Below are positions 50,220 to 58,722 of a stretch of DNA of 64,000 nucleotides, piece by piece. The notes under the pieces were generated by a model. The model saw nothing but the letters and a program-made list of their open reading frames with translations. It made no database searches and was not told where the DNA came from. This DNA is from Deltaproteobacteria bacterium (lineage in GTDB: Bacteria > Myxococcota > Myxococcia > Myxococcales > JAHFDP01), in contig JAHFDP010000011.1 in NCBI GenBank assembly GCA_023248955.1, forward strand, positions 6,056 to 70,055, read 5' to 3'. A program made the translations under genes and the position numbers. Each line of letters begins with the position of its first letter. The first letter of the stretch is position 1.

Positions 50220-51638
50220 TTGCCATCGTCGACCACTCCTCCAACGGTGTTGCTTCCACCCGCGCTCTTGCCGGCGCTCGTCGGCGGTTTCGTGGTGACC
50301 TTCGCGGTCCTTCCCGCTTCGCGCGAAACGTTTCCTTACGCCGCCGCGGTCGTCGCACTGGTCACCGCGCTCGCAATCCCGCTCCTGCTCTGGGCCAGCG
50401 GCAGCGTCTTGTGGTCGCGCGCGCCGATGCGAATGCCGCGCCTTCTGCTCGCCATTCCGTGGGGCGGTCTCGTTCTCTTCGTTTTACGTGCGTTCAACGA
50501 CCGCAGTCTTCTGACCAGCGCCACGACCGATTGGCGCCTGGGCCGCTCTGCCGAAGTTGGCGCGTTGCTGCTGCTCTGCACGTATCTACCAGCGATCGTC
50601 TGGGGCCGCGATGAATCGCCGCGTTTTTCTCGCACGCGGTTCGCCGCCTTCGCGCTGCTCACACTCATCGCCGGTATTGAAACGATTCGCATCGCTCCGC
50701 TTCCCACCATCGATGTGTGGACGATTCAAAACGCGGGCGCCACCGCGCTGGAACATTTTCAAAATCCCTACACGACCGTCACGCAGGCGGACACCGGCAA
50801 CCTCGGCGATCTCACCGTGCCTTATGTCTATCCGCCCACGCACGCCATCCTGTCCCTCTTGGGCGACCTGCTCGGCGGCGACGTGCGTTTCACCATGCTG
50901 CTCGCCATCCTGATCGCTGGACTCTGTCTGCGCGACATCACGCGGCGATCGGGCTGGCCTCTGCCTTCCTTCGTGCTCGACGCACCCGTACTTCTCTTTT
51001 GGCTCACGCCCAAACTTTTTTTCATTCTCGAGCAGGGCTGGATCGATCCGATCCAGCTGGCGCTCTTCGCTCTTTCCATCAACGCGCATCTCGCACGCCG
51101 CCCCATGCTCACCGCTGCGCTGTTGGGTCTCACCGTCTCCTCGAAGCAGAGCATGATCTGGCTCATCCCCATGGGCGCGGTGATGCTGCAATTTGGCGCG
51201 CGGCAATGGCTCGTCGCGGCAGCCACCGGAGCGGCCGCCGCGATTCCCTTCGCGCTTTTGGATTTCACGGCGCTGCGCCATGCGGTGATCGATTTCGAAT
51301 TGTCGCTTCCGCCGCGCCCGGATGCCATCACCGTCAACGTCTGGGCCGCGCGCGCGTATCACATTGCAATACCGGGTGCGGTGGGCACGGGACTCGCCGC
51401 GCTGGTGACCGTCCTCTCGAGCTGGTTCCTGCGCCGTCGCGGTGTGGCCGGGCTCGGCATCGCGGCGGCTGCCACCTACCTTGTTTTTTTCGCGTTCAAC
51501 AAATGGGCCTTCGCCAACTACTATTTTCTGGTGGTCGGACTTTGCGCGACCGCCGCGGCAACCGCGTTCCATGCCATGCCGGCGCGCGCGAGCGTGCAGA
51601 GCGCACCCGAAGATAAAATTCGAGCGAGCGGGACTTGA
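50220..51638 (+). CDS. GT-C-like polytopic membrane protein, paralog 4
   Basis: TTG start in the ORF track; the exact start is uncertain. LPTIDVWTIQNAGATALEHFQNPY...YVYPPTHAILSLLG...FFAFNKWAFANYYFLVVGL. Confidence 0.75.
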   Translation: MPSSTTPPTVLLPPALLPALVGGFVVTFAVLPASRETFPYAAAVVALVTALAIPLLLWASGSVLWSRAPMRMPRLLLAIPWGGLVLFVLRAFNDRSLLTSATTDWRLGRSAEVGALLLLCTYLPAIVWGRDESPRFSRTRFAAFALLTLIAGIETIRIAPLPTIDVWTIQNAGATALEHFQNPYTTVTQADTGNLGDLTVPYVYPPTHAILSLLGDLLGGDVRFTMLLAILIAGLCLRDITRRSGWPLPSFVLDAPVLLFWLTPKLFFILEQGWIDPIQLALFALSINAHLARRPMLTAALLGLTVSSKQSMIWLIPMGAVMLQFGARQWLVAAATGAAAAIPFALLDFTALRHAVIDFELSLPPRPDAITVNVWAARAYHIAIPGAVGTGLAALVTVLSSWFLRRRGVAGLGIAAAATYLVFFAFNKWAFANYYFLVVGLCATAAATAFHAMPARASVQSAPEDKIRASGT

Positions 51639-51639
51639 G

Positions 51640-52551
51640 ATGACACCAACCAACTGCACCATCTGCGGCACCGCCATCGAACCACGCTTTTCCGACGTGC
51701 GCGATCCGCAATCGGGAGAAGCCTTCGCCATTGAAGCCTGCGCCTCGTGCGGATTGGGTCACACTTCACCGGTGCCTGAAAACCTCGGTCGCTACTATGG
51801 CGCCGCCTACTACGGTGGGCGGCACGGATTCACCGCGCGTTACTGCGCGCAGCGCCGCTGCGGATTTCTCGAACGCGCGGCCGGAAAAAGTGGACGGCTC
51901 CTCGACATCGGTTGCGGCGACGGAACTTTTCTCGCGGCCGCCAAAGAAAGAAACTGGACCGTGGCCGGCACGGAGCTTGGCCCCAACGCCGATCGCGCGC
52001 GCGCCCAGGGCCTAGACGTGCGCGAGTCGCTCACCGATTTCGAGCCGCCCTTCAACGCCGTCACCATGTGGCACACGTTGGAGCACTTCACCCAGCCACT
52101 TGACATTTTGAGTCAAGCGCATCGGCTGCTCGATTCCAACGGCGCCTTGATCGCGGCGGTTCCCGACGCAGGCGGCTTGCAAGCCGCGATGTTCGGCGCG
52201 CGCTGGTTTCATCTCGACGTCCCGCGCCACCTGCACCATTTTGATCGCCATTCACTGGAAGAGTTGCTCAAGCGCGCCGGTTTTGCGGTCGAACGTTGGC
52301 ACCACCAAGAGTTCGAATACGATCTCTTCGGGTGGTTGCAGAGCGCGCTCAACACCATGATGCCGGCGCCCAACGTGCTCTTCAACAAGCTCACGGGAAA
52401 ACCTTCCCGCGCCGGAGCTGCGCAAGTGGCCACGAGTTTTCTCCTCGGTGGATTACTCGGTCCCTTGGCACTTGGCGCGACAGCCGCGGGGACGCTCGCT
52501 GCGCGCGGAGGAACGCTGATCGCTGTCGCGCGAAAGAGGAGCGAAGCATGA
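51640..52551 (+). CDS. Class I SAM-dependent methyltransferase with N-terminal CxxC...CxxC zinc ribbon
   Basis: ATG 51640, 1 nt after the paralog 4 stop. MTPTNCTICGTAIE...ACASCGLGHT...RLLDIGCGDGTFLAAAKERNW...MWHTLEHFTQP. Confidence 0.85.
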   Translation: MTPTNCTICGTAIEPRFSDVRDPQSGEAFAIEACASCGLGHTSPVPENLGRYYGAAYYGGRHGFTARYCAQRRCGFLERAAGKSGRLLDIGCGDGTFLAAAKERNWTVAGTELGPNADRARAQGLDVRESLTDFEPPFNAVTMWHTLEHFTQPLDILSQAHRLLDSNGALIAAVPDAGGLQAAMFGARWFHLDVPRHLHHFDRHSLEELLKRAGFAVERWHHQEFEYDLFGWLQSALNTMMPAPNVLFNKLTGKPSRAGAAQVATSFLLGGLLGPLALGATAAGTLAARGGTLIAVARKRSEA

Positions 52552-53780
52552 CCGATCTCGTTTGTCGTGGAATCGTAATCATCGTCCTTGCGGTCGGGTG
52601 TGGCCCCGGCCCAACGCCGTACAACGGAAGCGCGGGCACGCCGAGGTCAATCATTCCGGACGCGGGAACCAACGGCACAACGGATGGAGGCCCCGCCGAC
52701 GCCGGAATTTCCAGCGATGACATTTTTCGAATCGCCCCGCACTCGCCCTTCCCAGCGCTAACGTTTCACAAAGGACTGGTTCTCTCCTCGGTGAAGCTCG
52801 TCACCATCACCTTTGCAAACTACGAATACGCGTCCGATGTGGAAGCGCTCGGCGACTTCCTGGTCGGTTCGGACTGGATGACGGCGGCGGGAAAGGACTA
52901 CGGCGTCGGATTCGGAACGCACTTGGCAAAAGTGCGCCTCGACGAACCGGCACCGACCACGATTTCCGACGTGCAGCTCCAAAAAAAGATCGTCGACTGG
53001 ATCGCCGCGGGCACGGTTCCACCGCCGGAGGCCAACGCCAATCAGGTGCTCTATCTGGTCTATTTTCCGAGCACGACCACCGTTCTCGACGAAGCGAGCG
53101 ACCCGCTCTGCACCGGCCCGCTCGACGGCTACCATTCCACTGTCAAAGCCAACCACGACGGTACTAAATATACGATACCCTATGGCGTTATCGCCCACTG
53201 CCCACAAGAGACCTCGACAAATGCGCAAGTCACGGTCCTCGCTTCGCACGAATTTATCGAAGCCTGCACTGACCCGACCGTCACCCCAACGTCGGGAACC
53301 GGCTGGTTTCTCGACACACCGGACACCGATTCGTGGCCCACCAATCTCGAGGACGCGGATCTCTGCGAACGCGACCATCTGCGCCTTGGCGGCTTCGAGC
53401 TGACGCGCGCTTTCTCCAATTCAGCGGCCGCGCAAGGCATCAGCCCCTGCGTTCCCGCAGTGCCGGGCGAAATTTATTTCAACGTCACCGCTGACCCGAC
53501 AACGAAGTTGCAGCTCGCGCCAGGCGCGACCGCGCAGGTCACGCTGACTGGTTGGTCAACGGGTCCGCGTAATGCTTGGGACCTCTCCACCGAGATCGTG
53601 GGTCAGTTCGAACTACAGGCGAGCCTCTCCGCGAGCAAAATAAAAAACGCGACGACAGTGACGCTGACGTTGACCGTGCCTCAGAGCGCGATGAGCGGCG
53701 CCGAGGCGGTAGCGAAAGTTTGGAGCGGCCCGGTGGATTTTCCAACGCGCTATTGGCCGGTGGGTGTCAGGGTGAAGTAG
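52548..53780 (+). CDS. Lipoprotein with Cys-rich SHEFIEACTDP domain (paralogous to the N-domain of 35196..36812)
   Basis: ATG 52548 (ATGA overlap). MTDLVCRGIVIIVLAVGCGPG (lipobox). VLYLVYFPSTT...CTGPLDGYHSTV...VIAHC...LASHEFIEACTDPTVTPTSGTGWFLD. C-terminal beta-rich module. Confidence 0.75.
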   Translation: MTDLVCRGIVIIVLAVGCGPGPTPYNGSAGTPRSIIPDAGTNGTTDGGPADAGISSDDIFRIAPHSPFPALTFHKGLVLSSVKLVTITFANYEYASDVEALGDFLVGSDWMTAAGKDYGVGFGTHLAKVRLDEPAPTTISDVQLQKKIVDWIAAGTVPPPEANANQVLYLVYFPSTTTVLDEASDPLCTGPLDGYHSTVKANHDGTKYTIPYGVIAHCPQETSTNAQVTVLASHEFIEACTDPTVTPTSGTGWFLDTPDTDSWPTNLEDADLCERDHLRLGGFELTRAFSNSAAAQGISPCVPAVPGEIYFNVTADPTTKLQLAPGATAQVTLTGWSTGPRNAWDLSTEIVGQFELQASLSASKIKNATTVTLTLTVPQSAMSGAEAVAKVWSGPVDFPTRYWPVGVRVK

Positions 53781-53811
53781 GCGCTCCTTTCTCCCCCGCA
53801 ATGGGAGGGGA

Positions 53812-54561
53812 CTACCTCGCCGAGCCGTACGGCTTCTTCTTCCACGGCGGCCGCTTGAACGCCGCACCCACCGTGCGCGCCGTGTACGCAAACAGTCCCG
53901 GCACGTTCACCGACGAGCTCTGCCCCTCGTAACGCACCGGCACCGGCACTTCCGCAACGCGAAAACCAAACATCACGCAGTCCATCAAAATGTCACTCGC
54001 GAAGGCGTGCGTGTCCGGATACGTCTCCAGCGGCAACGCCTCCAGCACGCGGCGGTGGTAGGCGCGCATCCCGCTGTGCCACTCACCAAACGTCACGCCG
54101 AACCACATGTTCTCGAAGAGTGTCAACGCACGATTGCCGAGATAACGGTAGAGCGGCATCCCGCCCGCCAGCGACTCATCGCGGCTGCGAATGCGGTTGC
54201 CCTGAATCACGTCGAAGTGATCGCGCGCGATGTATTCGACGAGCACATCGGCGAGCGACGGCTCGTACTGATAGTCGGGATGCACCTCGACGACGACGTC
54301 GGCGCCCTGCCGCAACGCTTCGCGGTAGAGGCGCTTTAAGTTTCCGCCATAGCCAAGATTCTTTTCGTGCGTGATGACCTGCAAGCCAAGCTCCTCCGCG
54401 AGCCGCGCCGTGTCGTCTTCGCTCACATTGTTGCCGAGCAAAATATTTTTTCGCAATTCTTGCGGCACCGCCGCCACCGTCTTCGCGAGCGTCTTGGAGA
54501 CGTTGTAGGCCGGCATGGCCACGATGACTTTCAAAGGACTTTTTGAATTCATGGTGCGCAC
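53812..54561 (-). CDS. Family 2 glycosyltransferase, polyprenyl-phosphate sugar synthase-like (DPM1/GtrB-like, soluble)
   Basis: KVIVAMPAYNVSKTL...ILLGNNVSEDDT...NLGYGGNLK...VVVEVHPDYQYEP...GNRIRS...SGMRAYHRRVLE. Collinear with GT2, but with NN for the usual DD and HPD for DAD. Confidence 0.8.
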   Translation of the reverse strand: MRTMNSKSPLKVIVAMPAYNVSKTLAKTVAAVPQELRKNILLGNNVSEDDTARLAEELGLQVITHEKNLGYGGNLKRLYREALRQGADVVVEVHPDYQYEPSLADVLVEYIARDHFDVIQGNRIRSRDESLAGGMPLYRYLGNRALTLFENMWFGVTFGEWHSGMRAYHRRVLEALPLETYPDTHAFASDILMDCVMFGFRVAEVPVPVRYEGQSSSVNVPGLFAYTARTVGAAFKRPPWKKKPYGSAR

Positions 54562-54564
54562 ACT

Positions 54565-55812
54565 CTACGCCACATCCAGCGGCGCCGACGCGACGCGTGG
54601 CTCCGGCAAGGGCACGAGAAATTTTCCGCCCGCACGAAGGTACGGCGCCTGTTGCCGCGCGATCTCGTCGAAGAAATTCCAGGCCAACATGAAGAGATAG
54701 TCGGGCTGATGTTTGGTCACCTCGTCCGGCGACACCACGGGAAGATGAATGCCCGGCATCTTCTTGCCCTGTTTATACGGACTGCGATCAGCCACGAAAT
54801 CGAGCAGCTCACTACCGACGCCGCAGTAGTTGAGCAGCACCACACCCTTGGCCGCCGCGCCGTATCCCGCGAGGCGATGGCCGCGGCGTTTCAGATCACC
54901 GAGAAAATTCGGAATGCGTTCCTTCAAGTGCCGCGTTCCTTCCGCGAAGCGCAAGAGCGGCTCGATTCCGCGGTAGCCCGCCACCTGCTCCGATCCCAGG
55001 TATCGGCCCACCGCGGGCCGCGCGAGCGCACCAGGCTTGCGCGCGCGCGCGATGAGCGAACCGCCGTGCAGACGAATGTCCTCCACGTCCCACAGCACCA
55101 GGCCCGCCTGAGCGAACAAACGCTCGAGCATGGTGACCGAAAAATAGGAGAGGTGCTCGTGATAAATCGTGTCGAACTCTAAGTTCTCGACCATCTCTTT
55201 GAGATAGGGAACCTCGACGTGCAGGATGCCGTCATCCGCAAGCCAGCGACCCGCCGCGCGCACGAAATCGATCGCTTCCGGCACGTGCGCGAGCACATTG
55301 CGCGCAAGGATCAACCGCGCTGGACCGTATTCTGCGCGCAATGCGTCGCCCGATTTCGAATCGAAAAATTCAGCGATCGTTGGCACGCCCACGCCGTTGG
55401 CGACTTCGGCGATGTTCTTCGCCGGCTCGACCCCGAGCACACGGCAGTGCTCTTGAAAGGGCCGCAAGATGCAGCCATCGTTGCTCGCCAACTCCACGAC
55501 CAGGTCGTTTTTCTTGAGGCCAAATTCGCTCGCGTAGCGCGCGGCCAGCGACTCGCCGTAGCGCACGATCGTCTCCGACATCGAGGAGAAATAGATGTAG
55601 TCGGTGAAGACGTCGCGCGGGTCGAGCATGTGTGTCAGCTGCACATGCGTGCATGCGCTGCAAAACGCCACCGCCAGCGGATGGCCCTGCTCGGCGGCGA
55701 TCTCCTGCGGCGTGGAGAGAAAACTGTTCACCGGCGGCATGTCGCCGAGCGAGAGAAATTCTTCCAGCTTCGACGAGCCGCACAGGCGGCAGAGCGAGAC
55801 TCGGGTGGCCAT
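54565..55812 (-). CDS. NDP-hexose C-methyltransferase family (TylC3-like: zinc ribbon, SAM MTase, C-methyltransferase C-terminal domain)
   Basis: ATG 55812 gives MATRVSLCRLCGSSKLEEFLSLGDMPPVNSF...FCSACTHVQL...VVELASNDG...GYGAAAKGVVLLNYCGV...DRSPYKQGKKMPGIHLPVVSPDE...DYLFMLAWNFFDEI. Confidence 0.82.
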   Translation of the reverse strand: MATRVSLCRLCGSSKLEEFLSLGDMPPVNSFLSTPQEIAAEQGHPLAVAFCSACTHVQLTHMLDPRDVFTDYIYFSSMSETIVRYGESLAARYASEFGLKKNDLVVELASNDGCILRPFQEHCRVLGVEPAKNIAEVANGVGVPTIAEFFDSKSGDALRAEYGPARLILARNVLAHVPEAIDFVRAAGRWLADDGILHVEVPYLKEMVENLEFDTIYHEHLSYFSVTMLERLFAQAGLVLWDVEDIRLHGGSLIARARKPGALARPAVGRYLGSEQVAGYRGIEPLLRFAEGTRHLKERIPNFLGDLKRRGHRLAGYGAAAKGVVLLNYCGVGSELLDFVADRSPYKQGKKMPGIHLPVVSPDEVTKHQPDYLFMLAWNFFDEIARQQAPYLRAGGKFLVPLPEPRVASAPLDVA

Positions 55813-55822
55813 GGGATCCTTT

Positions 55823-56680
55823 TTACGACAGAAACGTCGCGCGCTCACCAGCCAGAATATCGGAGAGCGGCGGTTGATGCAGCGCGTGGCGCTCGCTGCG
55901 TAAGACGACCTGCTCGGGACGCGGCGCAACCTGCCCCGCTTCGCGCTCGGAAACCTCCTCGATGCGCAGCGGTGGAAGCACGAGGCTCTTCGCGATGAGT
56001 CGCGCCCATTCTGCTTTCGTAAGCGGCTCGTCGCCGGTGAGGTGCACGATGCCCGTCATTTTTTCGTCGAGCAGCGTGAGCACGGACGCGGTGAGCCATC
56101 CTGTCCATGTCGGACAACCTGCTTGCGCCCGCGGCAACTTCAGCGATTCGCCTGCGCGGGCCGCGGCGATCACGCGGTAAGCGAAATTTTTCTTGGCGAG
56201 CTCGGCACCGAAGACCCACGCGGTGCGAACCACGAGCGCATTCCCTCGCGCGAGCAGAAGTTCTTCCGCCGCGCGTTTGTGGCATGCATAGATACTCAGT
56301 GGATGGACCGCATCGCGCTCGACAAAAAAGGGCTTCGTTCCATCGAAAACATGATCGGTGGAAAAAAAGAGCGCCGTGATTTTCGAACCCGCGAGCACTT
56401 GCACCACGTTGCGAATCGTCGCCACGTTTTCACGTTCACTTCGCGCGGGATCGACTTCGCAACCATCGACGTGGGCATACGCCGCACAGAGCGCCACGTG
56501 CGTCGGCTGCACCGCGTCAACGACACGTTCGAGATCAGCGCGCGACGAAAGATCCAGAGCGGCCGTCGCCTCGCCACGCAAACGTCGCGCAACGCCGATC
56601 GCGTCGACTCCCTGCGCACGCGCACGGCGGCAGAGCTCTCCACCAACCAGGCCGGAGGCGCCGACGACCAGCAACTTCAT
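55823..56680 (-). CDS. NAD(P)-dependent sugar reductase, dTDP-4-dehydrorhamnose reductase (RmlD)-like
   Basis: ATG 56680 (ATGA overlap). MKLLVVGASGLVGGEL...FFSTDHVFDG...IYACHKRAAEE (YxxxK). Confidence 0.8.
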   Translation of the reverse strand: MKLLVVGASGLVGGELCRRARAQGVDAIGVARRLRGEATAALDLSSRADLERVVDAVQPTHVALCAAYAHVDGCEVDPARSERENVATIRNVVQVLAGSKITALFFSTDHVFDGTKPFFVERDAVHPLSIYACHKRAAEELLLARGNALVVRTAWVFGAELAKKNFAYRVIAAARAGESLKLPRAQAGCPTWTGWLTASVLTLLDEKMTGIVHLTGDEPLTKAEWARLIAKSLVLPPLRIEEVSEREAGQVAPRPEQVVLRSERHALHQPPLSDILAGERATFLS

Positions 56681-57126
56681 CGATGCTTCAAACTCCAGTC
56701 GTACGGAATGTGATTCTTGAACGGATCGAGACGCACGATCTCGCTGGGATCGTGGGGAATCGTGGCGCAGTTGGCCACCAGCGCGGGAGCGACGCCACAT
56801 CCCTTGAAGCCGTTCCACACTTCGATCGGAACTTGCACCAGCGCGTAATTTCCATCGCCCACGAAAATTTCCTGCACTTCGCCTTTGGTCTTAGAGGTTG
56901 GGCGATCGTCGAACAGCACGAGCTTGATCTGTCCCATCGGCACTGCGTAGTTGATCACCATCTCGTGATGCAGGTGCCAACCCTTCACCACGCCGGGGTT
57001 GACCGTCGAGAAATAGATTTCGCCGAAGCGCGCGAACTCGGCGTCCGTGGCTTTCATCATGTGCATCACTTTGCCGCGTTCGTCGGGGATGACGCGAAGC
57101 GGTTTGATCACGACGCCGTCGATCAT
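56677..57126 (-). CDS. RmlC-like cupin, dTDP-4-dehydrorhamnose 3,5-epimerase family (short form)
   Basis: VIPDERGKVMHMM...IYFSTVNPGVVKGWHLHHEMVINYAVPMGQIKLVLFDDRPTSKTKGEVQEIFVG...VQVPIEVWNGF. Confidence 0.78.
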   Translation of the reverse strand: MIDGVVIKPLRVIPDERGKVMHMMKATDAEFARFGEIYFSTVNPGVVKGWHLHHEMVINYAVPMGQIKLVLFDDRPTSKTKGEVQEIFVGDGNYALVQVPIEVWNGFKGCGVAPALVANCATIPHDPSEIVRLDPFKNHIPYDWSLKHR

Positions 57127-57143
57127 GCGAGCTCCTTAAGCGA

Positions 57144-57494
57144 TCAATTCTTCACGTACTTCTTTGGATCAGCAAGAAACGGCTCGTGGCACTCGGCGCA
57201 GCAGAAGGCGTAGATGCGACCGTTGTAGGTTGCAGTCTCTGTGTTTGCGGCCACGGTGAATTTCTCGCCGGTCACGGGGCAGACCGTGTGATCGCCCACG
57301 CGAGGCGGTGCGTTCGTCGCGAATGAAGTCGCCGGCGGCGGCTCGGAAACCACAGCGGCAGTCGCGGACGGGGCCATCACCACACGCTCCGGCATGTGCA
57401 CCGGAATTGGCGGGACGCCTTCGGGCGATGCCGAGGATTTGACGCAAGCAACGACACCGAGGAGGAAAATCGTCTGTATTACTTTGTTGATCAT
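57144..57494 (-). CDS. YHS-domain lipoprotein
   Basis: ATG 57494 gives MINKVIQTIFLLGVVACVKS (lipobox). C-terminal VCPVTGEKFTVAANTETATYNGRIYAFCCAECHEPFLADPKKYV is a YHS/TRASH-type motif. Confidence 0.75.
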   Translation of the reverse strand: MINKVIQTIFLLGVVACVKSSASPEGVPPIPVHMPERVVMAPSATAAVVSEPPPATSFATNAPPRVGDHTVCPVTGEKFTVAANTETATYNGRIYAFCCAECHEPFLADPKKYVKN

Positions 57495-57544
57495 ATTGAT
57501 CGCTCCGTTTCCCCACACCCGAGGGGGAGGTCTGGTGATTGGAT

Positions 57545-58690
57545 TTACGCCAAAAGATTCCGCGCAATCACCATCCGCTGAATCTGGCTGGTCCCCTCGT
57601 AAATCTGCAAAAGCTTGGCATCGCGCATCAGCTTTTCGACCGGATATTCCGTGGTGTACCCATACCCGCCGAAGATCTGCACCGCATCGGTGGTCACCTG
57701 CATCGCGCTGTCCGCACCGAACGCCTTGGCATACGACGAGATCACTGAATCGATCTTCCCCTCCCCGATCATCCAAGCCGCTTTCTGCATCAAGAGCCGC
57801 GTGGCCTCGTACTTCATGGCCATCTCCGCGAGCATGAACTGCACCGCTTGGAACGTGGCGATCGGCTGACCGAAGGCTTTGCGCTCCTTGGCGTAAGCCT
57901 TGCTCTCGTCGAGCGCGCGCCGCATCACGCCGCACGCCGCCGCCGCAATCCACGGCCGCGAACGATCGAACGTCATCATGGCAATCTTGAATCCCTGCCC
58001 CTCTTCGCCGACCAGATTTTCTTGGGTCAACTTCACCTCGTCGAAGAGCACGTCGGTGGTCAGGCTGGCGCGCTGGCCCATCTTGTCTTCTTTGCGGCCC
58101 ACCGAAACACCCGGCAAGTCGCGCGGCACCACGAACATGCTGATGCCCTTGTGGCGATCCTTCACGTCGCCGAGCCGCGCGAGCACGGTGTACCAGCTGG
58201 CCTTGCCGCCATTGGTGATCCAGCGTTTTTGGCCGGTGAGCGTGTAGCCGTCCGCCGTCTTGCGCGCGGTGGTGCGCAGGCCCGCCACGTCGCTGCCCGC
58301 ATCGGGCTCGCTGCAGCAGTAGGCTGCGTAGATCGGCGATTCGGTGAGCGCGCCGAGGTAGCGCTGCTTCTGCGCGTGGCTGCCGGCGATGATCAGCGGC
58401 AACGCGGCCAGATTGCTCGCGGCGAGCGTCGTACCGATTCCGGTACAGCCGTAGTTGATCTCTTCGAGGAGAAGACAGTGATCGAACGTGGAGAGTCCGA
58501 GGCCGCCATACTCGCTCGGAACTTCCGCGTTCATGAGGCCGAGGTTCCAACCGGCTTTGCAAATCTCGTCGGGGAAGGTGCCGTGCTTGTCGAGCTCGGC
58601 GGCCACCGGAATTATTTTTTCACGCGTGAATTTGCGCGCGGTCTCGACGAGTTTTTCTTGTTCTTCGGAGAGCGAGAGGTCGAAGGGCAT
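57545..58690 (-). CDS. Acyl-CoA dehydrogenase (medium-chain-like)
   Basis: 381 aa. ...[24 protein letters not shown]...WITNGG...[39 protein letters not shown]. Confidence 0.92.
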   Translation of the reverse strand: MPFDLSLSEEQEKLVETARKFTREKIIPVAAELDKHGTFPDEICKAGWNLGLMNAEVPSEYGGLGLSTFDHCLLLEEINYGCTGIGTTLAASNLAALPLIIAGSHAQKQRYLGALTESPIYAAYCCSEPDAGSDVAGLRTTARKTADGYTLTGQKRWITNGGKASWYTVLARLGDVKDRHKGISMFVVPRDLPGVSVGRKEDKMGQRASLTTDVLFDEVKLTQENLVGEEGQGFKIAMMTFDRSRPWIAAAACGVMRRALDESKAYAKERKAFGQPIATFQAVQFMLAEMAMKYEATRLLMQKAAWMIGEGKIDSVISSYAKAFGADSAMQVTTDAVQIFGGYGYTTEYPVEKLMRDAKLLQIYEGTSQIQRMVIARNLLA

Positions 58691-58722
58691 GGCCGTCGAT
58701 TAGCACCTGCCCGCGGCGCGGT

